From positions 4,622 through 56,452 of the forward strand of contig JBBDNT010000301.1 in assembly GCA_040877445.1 (NCBI GenBank): 51,831 bases of DNA, read 5' to 3'. Source of the DNA: Planctomycetaceae bacterium (GTDB lineage Bacteria > Planctomycetota > Planctomycetia > Planctomycetales > Planctomycetaceae). This document shows positions 45,797-51,831 of the stretch, one piece after another (the stretch's first letter is position 1; each line of letters begins with the position of its first letter). Under the pieces are notes generated by a model. That model was not told the origin of the DNA. It worked only from the letters and a program-made list of their open reading frames with translations, and did not search any database. The translations under genes and the position numbers were made by a program.

Positions 45797-46016
45797 GACG
45801 GAATTGTATTCCGTCCGCCAAGAAAACCGTTGCGTTTCGTGTTGCAGACGATGATCGGGAACGGCGACGATCGCGCATGTCTCACCGGCGGGCGGGGACG
45901 ACGGAATATAATTCCGTCCTACCCGCCCATGCGTCTCTCCACAAAATGAAACGTGAAAACGTACTACTGCCTCTATCAACATCGACGTCGTGGGAAGGAT
46001 TGCCAATCCGCCTTAC
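45793..46016. repeat. cluster of three related palindromic hairpin elements (GTAGGACGGAAT...ATTCCGTCCTAC and GGATTGCCAATCCGCCTTAC types)
   Basis: The sequence at 45793-45816 is gtaggacggaat-tgt-attccgtcc. The sequence at 45898-45921 is gacgacggaat-ata-attccgtcctac. The sequence at 45997-46016 is ggattgccaatccgccttac. All lie in the 330-bp gap between the ABC ATPase and the second permease. Confidence 0.5.
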
Positions 46017-46125
46017 ACGCTGCCACCGCAAATGCGAACTTGACGAGGTACTTCGGCATGATGCCTATCGCGCGCATTGACCGCTTTTGGCTGGCACTTG
46101 GCCTCTGACCTCTGGGAACCAAACA

Positions 46126-47268
46126 ATGCTCCGCTTCCTCCCCTACATCGCGAAGACGCTCTGGCGGCATCGCTCGCGGACGCTGTTGACCGTGAGCGGT
46201 TCGGCCGTGGCGTTGTTCGTGTTCTGCGTCATCGGCGCGATCCATGAAGGCATGCACGATCTGCGGACCCGGCAGGAGGCGGAGCAATCGCTGATCGTCT
46301 TCCAGGCGAACAAGTTCTGCCCCGCGACCAGCCATTTGCCGCAGGATTACGACGAGCAGATCGCACGCTTCGACGGCGTGCGCGACGTCGTGCCGATCCA
46401 GGTCTTCACCAACAACTGCCGGGCGAGTCTCGACGTCGTCGTGTTCTATGGACTGCCGGCGGCGAAGCTCCGCGCGATCCGCGATTTCGAGCTGACCGAC
46501 GGGAACTGGTCGGAGTTCGAGCGCAATCAGGACGCGGCGGTCGTCGGCCGGGCGGTCGCCGCGCGGCGGGGCATCCGCGTGGGCGACAAGTTCTCCATCG
46601 GCGACATCTCGACGGTGGTCGCCGGGATCTACTCGTCGGGCAATCCGGCCGAGGAGAATTACATCTACACGCACCTCGACTTCCTGCAGCGCCGCCGGGG
46701 GGCGGACTCGGTCGGTACGGTGACGCAGCATGAAGTGCTGTTGGCCGAAGGCATCGACGCCGCGGCGGTGGCCGAAAATATCGACGACCAGTTCCGCGGC
46801 GGCCCGGTCGAAACCGACACGCGGCCGAAGGGCGTCTTCCAGGCGAAAAGCCTCGGCGATCTCGCGCAGCTCATCGCGCTGTCGTATTATCTGGGACTCG
46901 CCTGCGTGGGGCTGGTGCTCGCGCTGGTGGCGACGACGACGCTGATGTCGGTCCAGGATCGCGTCCAAGAGCACGCGGTGTTGCAGACGCTCGGCTTTTC
47001 CGGCCCGCGGGTGTTCGCGCTCGTGCTGACCGAGAGCGTCGTGCTCGGCTTGGCGGGCGGCGCGCTCGGCGTGGGCGGGGCGTTCGTCGTCCTCGAGTCG
47101 ACGAGCCTCGCGATCAGCGCCGAGGCGGTCAGCGTCGCCTTTCAGGCTTCCTGGCGTCTCGCCGGCGTCGCCTTGTTGACGGCCCTCGCGACCGGCTTCC
47201 TCGCCGGCATTCTCCCCGCCTGGCAAGCCGCCCGCACCGAGATCGTCCCGGCGCTGCGGAATGCATGA
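46126..47268 (+). CDS. ABC transporter permease, FtsX/MacB-like family (second copy)
   Basis: An ATG at 46126 gives MLRFLPYIAKTLWRHRSRTLLTVSGSAVALFVFCVIGAI, the FtsX N-terminus plus TM1. A periplasmic domain and three C-terminal TM helices (LIALSYYLGLACVGLVLAL..., VFALVLTESVVLGLAGGALG..., LAGVALLTALATGFLAGILPA) follow. Confidence 0.75.
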   Translation: MLRFLPYIAKTLWRHRSRTLLTVSGSAVALFVFCVIGAIHEGMHDLRTRQEAEQSLIVFQANKFCPATSHLPQDYDEQIARFDGVRDVVPIQVFTNNCRASLDVVVFYGLPAAKLRAIRDFELTDGNWSEFERNQDAAVVGRAVAARRGIRVGDKFSIGDISTVVAGIYSSGNPAEENYIYTHLDFLQRRRGADSVGTVTQHEVLLAEGIDAAAVAENIDDQFRGGPVETDTRPKGVFQAKSLGDLAQLIALSYYLGLACVGLVLALVATTTLMSVQDRVQEHAVLQTLGFSGPRVFALVLTESVVLGLAGGALGVGGAFVVLESTSLAISAEAVSVAFQASWRLAGVALLTALATGFLAGILPAWQAARTEIVPALRNA

Positions 47269-47333
47269 GAATGGGTGAGATGGTCCTCGACCGGGCGTGC
47301 CCAGACAGGAACGCTGATCTCCGCTGAGTCGCA

Positions 47334-47603
47334 CTAATCCGAAGTTTCGTTCGCGGTGTTCTCATCGGCGGGATCCCAAGGCGGCTCCGTTGAACCGAGG
47401 AGTTTCAGTGCGCCCCACAGCGTTTCCCACGACCATCCGGCCTTTCGGCGGACGCGCGCCACGAGTCCTCGCATCGTTTCTTCCCAGTGCTTCTCGACGA
47501 GTTCGATGGCCGCGTCGCGATACGGACTGTCGCTGCGGCGGAGTTGAGCGACGATGTGGGCTCTCGGTGCGTGTAATGGAGGAAACTCTCGATGGTCGCT
47601 CAT
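47334..47603 (-). CDS. hypothetical protein
   Basis: The 89-aa ORF starts MSDHREFPPLHAPRAHIVAQLRR at the ATG at 47603. I recognised no motif. Its codon composition is acceptable. Confidence 0.3.
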   Translation of the reverse strand: MSDHREFPPLHAPRAHIVAQLRRSDSPYRDAAIELVEKHWEETMRGLVARVRRKAGWSWETLWGALKLLGSTEPPWDPADENTANETSD

Positions 47604-47693
47604 GGCGCGCTCCCCTTCGCTCGCGGCGCCGCTCGGCTGCGGGTCGCGGCTAACCGGCGAACGCAAATGATCGCGCGTCGCGCGGCGCGGGCG

Positions 47694-49181
47694 TCAAGCG
47701 ACGATCTCGTGAATCGGTTCGCCGTGGTCGATTTCCAGTCGCTTGCGGCCCGGGATTTCCAGCTTCCGCGAGTCGAGGCCGAGTTGCCGCAGCACCGTTG
47801 CGTGTACGTCGGTGACGTAATGCGGGTGCTCGGCCGCGGCGAAGCCGATTTCGTCCGTCGAACCATGGACGATCCCCTTCTTCAACCCGCCTCCCGCCAT
47901 GAAGATCGAAAAGCCGAACGGGTGATGGTCGCGGCCGGTCGAGCCTTCCGCCCCCGGCGAGCGGCCGAACTCGGTCCCCCACACGACGAGCGTTTCATCC
48001 AGCAGGCCGCGACGCTTGAGATCCCGGATGAGCGCGGCGATCGGCTTGTCGACCTGCGCCGCGAGCCCGGCGTGGTTCTGCTTGAGGCTGCTGTGTGCGT
48101 CCCACGCGCCGGCGCCGCCGTTCGAGCCGTGATAAATCTGGACGAACCGCACGCCCCGCTCGACGAGCCGCCGCGACACGAGGCAGTTGCGGGCGAACTC
48201 GGACAGGTTTCCCTTGTCGTCGCCGTACAGCTTGAGCGTCTCGGCCGTTTCGCCGTCGGCGCCGACCGCTTCGGGTACCGCCATCTGCATCCGGAACGCC
48301 AGTTCGTACGAGCGGATGCGGGCGCGGAGCGCCGCGTCCTCGGGATACTCGACCGCCTGCATCGCGTTCAACCGATCGAGCAACCGGAACTGGGCCGCCT
48401 GCTCTTCGCGATACACGTCGCTGCCCGGCGCGGAGAACGGCAGCGGGTTTTTCGGATCGGCGCTCATCGGCACGCCGTCGTGCTCCGGGCCGAGATAATC
48501 CGCGCGATGCCCTTCGTTTCCTCCGCAGCAATCGGCGAGCGGCGTTCCGAGGACGACGAACTTCGGCAGGTTCTCGTTGAGCGTGCCGAGGCCGTAGTGA
48601 ATCCACGAGCCGATCGTCGGAAAGTTGCCGTCGAGCGTGTTTCGGCCGGTGTGAAATTGAAGCTGCGCGCCGTGGTCGATGTCGGTGGTCCACATCGAGC
48701 GGACGATGGCGAGATCATCCACCACGCCGCCGACGTGCGGGAACCAGTCGCTCACCTCGATTCCCGACTCGCCGCGCTTCTTGTAGCCGACTTGCAGCGG
48801 ATACAACTTGGGCAGCACCTTCCGCAAATCGGGGGCGAGCGTGCGGATCTTGTCCTTGAGAAAGTCGGGATCGAGGAAGTGCTTGTACGGCGTCTCGTCG
48901 AGCGACTTGCCGGCGTAGTCGTTCAGCGCGGGCTTGGGGTCGAAGCTTTCGAGGTGGCTCACCCCGCCGACCATGAACAGCCAGATGACGTTCTTCGCTT
49001 TGGGAGCGAAATGCGGTCGGCCGTCGGGAACGATCGCGGCGGGTTCGTCGCCGCGTGCCGCGCGCTCTCCGGCGAGCATCGCTCCCAGGGCGAGGCCGGT
49101 GAAGCCCATCCCGACGTCCGCGAGGAACGTGCGTCGCGAGATTCGGCCGGATGAGACGCCATGAATCGGGCAGGTGCGCAT
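47694..49181 (-). CDS. DUF1501 domain protein (Tat-secreted sulfatase-like fold, planctomycete family)
   Basis: The Tat motif is SRRTFLADVGMGFTGLALGAMLA. The segments NVIWLFMVGGVSHLESFDPKP, WGTEFGRSP and DHHPFGFSIFMAGGG are characteristic DUF1501 blocks. Confidence 0.85.
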   Translation of the reverse strand: MRTCPIHGVSSGRISRRTFLADVGMGFTGLALGAMLAGERAARGDEPAAIVPDGRPHFAPKAKNVIWLFMVGGVSHLESFDPKPALNDYAGKSLDETPYKHFLDPDFLKDKIRTLAPDLRKVLPKLYPLQVGYKKRGESGIEVSDWFPHVGGVVDDLAIVRSMWTTDIDHGAQLQFHTGRNTLDGNFPTIGSWIHYGLGTLNENLPKFVVLGTPLADCCGGNEGHRADYLGPEHDGVPMSADPKNPLPFSAPGSDVYREEQAAQFRLLDRLNAMQAVEYPEDAALRARIRSYELAFRMQMAVPEAVGADGETAETLKLYGDDKGNLSEFARNCLVSRRLVERGVRFVQIYHGSNGGAGAWDAHSSLKQNHAGLAAQVDKPIAALIRDLKRRGLLDETLVVWGTEFGRSPGAEGSTGRDHHPFGFSIFMAGGGLKKGIVHGSTDEIGFAAAEHPHYVTDVHATVLRQLGLDSRKLEIPGRKRLEIDHGEPIHEIVA

Positions 49182-49365
49182 CGCACTTCCTTCCAGGCGC
49201 TGAGAGAGTCGCTCTCCGCGATATCGGAACCGGCAGGCAAATGCATCGGTCGTCGTCGATGCATGTTAGCAGCGCGGATGGGCGCTCGCCACGCTCCGCG
49301 CCGATTCGACGATCCCGACATTCGGATTTCGTATCACTTGATCGGGGTGGCGCGGCGCACGGGCG

Positions 49366-49440
49366 GTAGCGGAATTCGCAAGAATTCCGGCGATGTCGCA
49401 GTTGCTGGCCCATGTCGGAACTCTTGCGAATTCCGCTACG
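49366..49440. repeat. second copy of the composite REP-like double-hairpin element
   Basis: The sequence at 49366-49389 is gtagcggaattcgcaagaattccg, the exact reverse complement of 43379-43402. The sequence at 49416-49439 is cggaactcttgcgaattccgctac. The arrangement matches the copy at 43336-43405. It lies between the DUF1501 start (49181) and the small gene ending at 49469. Confidence 0.6.
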
Positions 49441-49468
49441 ACAGATCCGACGATCCCCGCTTCGGCAT

Positions 49469-49747
49469 TCAATCGACCACGTCCGCGAGGGCCGAGAGGC
49501 CGACCACCTCGTCGCGGCGGACGACGACGCGGCGGCGATTGGCGCGGATCCCGTGCCGCCGGGCCTCGAGCACGTACCGCTCGCGGTTCGTCTGCGTGTC
49601 GCGGAGGTCGTGGACGTCGGCCTCTTCGAGAACCAGCGCGTCGCGGTCGATCGCGACGAGCGTTCCGAGAAACACGTACTGGCTCGTCACGTCGAGTACG
49701 ACCTCGCGGCCGAGGAATTGCGTGAAGATGTCGTCGGAATCGTGCAT
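49469..49747 (-). CDS. hypothetical protein, possible Sm-like fold
   Basis: An ATG at 49747 gives MHDSDDIFTQFLGREVVLDVTSQYVFLGTLVAIDRDALVLEEADVHDL, an alternating beta-strand pattern reminiscent of Sm/Hfq-like proteins. This call is weak. Confidence 0.35.
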   Translation of the reverse strand: MHDSDDIFTQFLGREVVLDVTSQYVFLGTLVAIDRDALVLEEADVHDLRDTQTNRERYVLEARRHGIRANRRRVVVRRDEVVGLSALADVVD

Positions 49748-50067
49748 GGGAACTCGGATTGACCGGCGGAGCGGCCCCGGCGTACCCTCCCCGCCCGAAC
49801 CTCGGAACATTCCTCTCGACCGCGTCGATCAATGGAGCCTCTCCAATGATGACGAATTCTTCCACGCACGCCAATGGACGGATTCCGCGACGAAGCCGTC
49901 CGTCGGCGGATGAGGCGTGCCTTCACGATACGGCGACCAGCGCGCTCCCCCTCGCCCCCTTGGGGGGAGAGGGTCGGGGAGCGGGGACAATCGCGGCAGC
50001 CGTTTCCCGATTCGCGACGTCTCGCATTGAAGCGGAATGGGGTAACGAGTCGGTCCAGACGCAGGCC

Positions 50068-51744
50068 GTGTCCCATGCTCCCCCTCACCCTAACCCTCTC
50101 CCCCGCAAAGCCGGGGGAGAGGGGACCGAAGACCGGCGGCTGCCGGGTCGGAATCGAATCCGCATCGCGCCGCTCTCTTGGACGCTCGCGCCGCTAGGGA
50201 TTGCTGCGCTGGCCCTCGTCGTCACGGCGGCGCTCGCCCAAGTGGAATCGGAACCGTCGGCGGGAGCGACGAGCGCCCTCGTGATGGTGGACGGGCGGCT
50301 GATCGAAGGGCGGATCGAACGCACCAACGAAGGCTACATGGTGCACCAGCCCGGTTCGAAATTCCTGCTGCTCTCATCGCATGTGCGGGTTCACGGGAAG
50401 GATCGCCGCGACGCCTATCTCAAGCTGCGGCGGACCTACCCGCTGGGCCGTCCCGATCCGCACGTGGAACTCGCGCGGTGGTGCGTCGCCCACGGGCTGC
50501 TGGACGACGCCCGGCGCGAGCTCCGCGAGGCGCTGCGTCTGGCCCCCAACCACGCCGCCGCCCGCGCATTGTTCGACGATCTCCGCGCCGTCGCGCCGGA
50601 CGAGCGCGGCGGCGCGCGCGATCGACCGGCGGACGTCGCGAGCGAGTCCCCGCCATCCGAAAACGGCGGCATCGGTCTTGCTTCGGCTTTCACGCCGGCG
50701 AGCATCGCCCCGGGACACGCGCTTCCCGCCGTCGAGCCGCTCGACAGCCGCGTGCTGGTGACCCTTGAAGGGCGAATCGTCGAGGGGCGGATCACCCGCA
50801 ACGCGGGGGGCTATCAGATCGAGCGGACCGGCGCGCGGTTCGTCATTCCCGACGCGCAGGTCCGCGTCGAAGCCGCCGATCGGAGCGAGGCGTTCGACAA
50901 GATTCGAAGCACGCTGCCTCCCGGACGACCCGAGCCGCACGTCGCGCTGGCCCGCTGGTGCATCGGACACCAGATGCGGGATGAAGCCCGCGTCGCGCTG
51001 CTGCACGCGCTGCGGCTCGATCCGGCGAACGCCGACGCGCGTTCGACGCTGAAGCGGCTTGAAGAGTCGAACGATCCGCGGAACGCGGCCCATCTCGAGC
51101 GCCCCGCCGCGCCGCCGCGCACCGCGGACGGGTTCGATCCGCCGGCCGCCGTCTCGCTGGCGGGACTCACTCCCGAGACCGCCGAGGAGTTCGTGGTCCG
51201 CGTGCAGCCGCTGTTGATGAACAAGTGCGGGAACGCCGCGTGTCACGGCAGCGTCTCCGACCAGGCATTTCGACTCGAAATGGTGCGTCCCGGACGAGGG
51301 GCGCATCGCGCGGCGTCGGAGCGGAACCTGGCGGCGGTGCTCCGCCGCATCGATCGCGAGCGGCCCGAGCGGAGCACGCTGTTGACCGCTCCCGAGGACG
51401 CCCACGACCGCGGGCGACCGGTGTTCCGCGACCACAACGCGCCGGCGCAGCGGGAGGTTCTTTCCGAATGGGTGCGGAAGATCGCGGCCGACATGCCGGA
51501 GACGCCGACGACCTCGCAACCCGTCGCGGCGCGGCCGGCGGCGGAAACGCGCAGTCCGACGAAACCATCGGCGATCGCGACCGCTCCCCCGCGTGGAGTG
51601 CCGGCACGTCCCACGAGTCCCCGCGCGGCGAACTCGACTTCGCTGACGGACGCGGACGAGAAGTTCCTCGAGGACATCCTGCGGGAAGAACGCCCCGACG
51701 CGTTCGATCCCGAAGAGTTCAACCGGCTTCATCGCACCCCGTAG
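50068..51744 (+). CDS. hypothetical membrane-anchored protein with two tandem ~100-aa repeat modules and a C-terminal CX4CH motif
   Basis: The ORF is open from 49759, but its first ~125 codons overlap GC hairpin elements. I chose an in-frame GTG at 50068 that precedes the anchor RIRIAPLSWTLAPLGIAALALVVTAALAQ. The repeat modules are GRLIEGRIERTNEGYMVHQPGSKFLLLSSHVRVHGKDRRDAYLKLRRTYPLGRPDPHVELARWCVAHGLLDDARRELREALRLAPNHAAARALFDDL and GRIVEGRITRNAGGYQIERTGARFVIPDAQVRVEAADRSEAFDKIRSTLPPGRPEPHVALARWCIGHQMRDEARVALLHALRLDPANADARSTLKRL. KCGNAACHG lies downstream. Confidence 0.5.
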   Translation: MSHAPPHPNPLPRKAGGEGTEDRRLPGRNRIRIAPLSWTLAPLGIAALALVVTAALAQVESEPSAGATSALVMVDGRLIEGRIERTNEGYMVHQPGSKFLLLSSHVRVHGKDRRDAYLKLRRTYPLGRPDPHVELARWCVAHGLLDDARRELREALRLAPNHAAARALFDDLRAVAPDERGGARDRPADVASESPPSENGGIGLASAFTPASIAPGHALPAVEPLDSRVLVTLEGRIVEGRITRNAGGYQIERTGARFVIPDAQVRVEAADRSEAFDKIRSTLPPGRPEPHVALARWCIGHQMRDEARVALLHALRLDPANADARSTLKRLEESNDPRNAAHLERPAAPPRTADGFDPPAAVSLAGLTPETAEEFVVRVQPLLMNKCGNAACHGSVSDQAFRLEMVRPGRGAHRAASERNLAAVLRRIDRERPERSTLLTAPEDAHDRGRPVFRDHNAPAQREVLSEWVRKIAADMPETPTTSQPVAARPAAETRSPTKPSAIATAPPRGVPARPTSPRAANSTSLTDADEKFLEDILREERPDAFDPEEFNRLHRTP

Positions 51745-51831
51745 TACCGCTTCAGGCTTGAACTTGGCGGTTGAATCCGTGGTAAGACGGATTGGCGGCA
51801 CCCATGCGATCAAGCCTCACTGGCGTGTCGG

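Noticed and set aside
49874-50197. Alternative-frame ORF translating to ...TLTLSPAKPGERG..., and the other short ORFs across 49930-50130
   Set aside because: That amino-acid string is the typical product of translating a GC-rich REP-like hairpin (cctctcccccgcaaagccgggggagagg). It reflects repeat DNA, not a gene.
1-51831. CRISPR arrays, rRNA genes, integrase/transposase genes and phage structural genes
   Set aside because: I found no regularly spaced direct repeats with unique spacers, no rRNA-like conserved blocks, and no DDE/tyrosine-recombinase motifs in any credible ORF.

Overview
This 51.8-kb window is high-GC (roughly 68-70%) and reads like a Planctomycetota-type chromosome, judging from a Tat-signal DUF1501 protein, PQQ beta-propeller proteins, giant secreted proteins and secreted beta-barrel (outer-membrane-type) proteins. 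Many six-frame ORFs are arginine-rich antisense artefacts; about 40 credible genes remain. The first stretch, 1-25 kb, is mostly housekeeping or accessory enzymes: acyl-ACP desaturase (5' partial), a PQQ propeller protein, a roughly 1500-aa triple amidohydrolase, rnhA, infA, a porin, a beta-barrel protein, a GlmU N-domain-like nucleotidyltransferase, an alpha/beta hydrolase, an MBL-fold hydrolase, a Rieske protein with a G3E (CobW-like) GTPase, a YfhO-like membrane protein, holA, a phosphohexomutase-like protein and uppP. From 25.4 to 37.4 kb a minus-strand block holds two translationally coupled giant hypothetical envelope proteins of 2084 and 1212 aa. They are built from three paralogous modules, each a large extracytoplasmic region followed by a cluster of three TM helices. 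Upstream of them sit a PQQ-blade gene remnant, a nested hairpin element and two ECF sigma factors, one with a CorE-like cysteine-rich C-terminal extension. From 37.3 to 47.3 kb lies a candidate metal- or peptide-handling locus. It contains an ArsI/CadI-like VOC enzyme, two small secreted proteins with a CCCCH cysteine cluster, an SPFH protein, tRNA-Ile(GAT), and an ABC export system (FtsX permease, lipoprotein, HlyD adaptor, ATPase, second FtsX permease). The last stretch, 47.3-51.8 kb, carries a DUF1501 protein, a small Sm-like hypothetical and a protein with tandem ~100-aa repeats. Several dispersed palindromic repeat families and a perfect 40-bp inverted-repeat, MITE-like element sit in the intergenic regions. 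I saw no CRISPR array, rRNA or obvious transposase.
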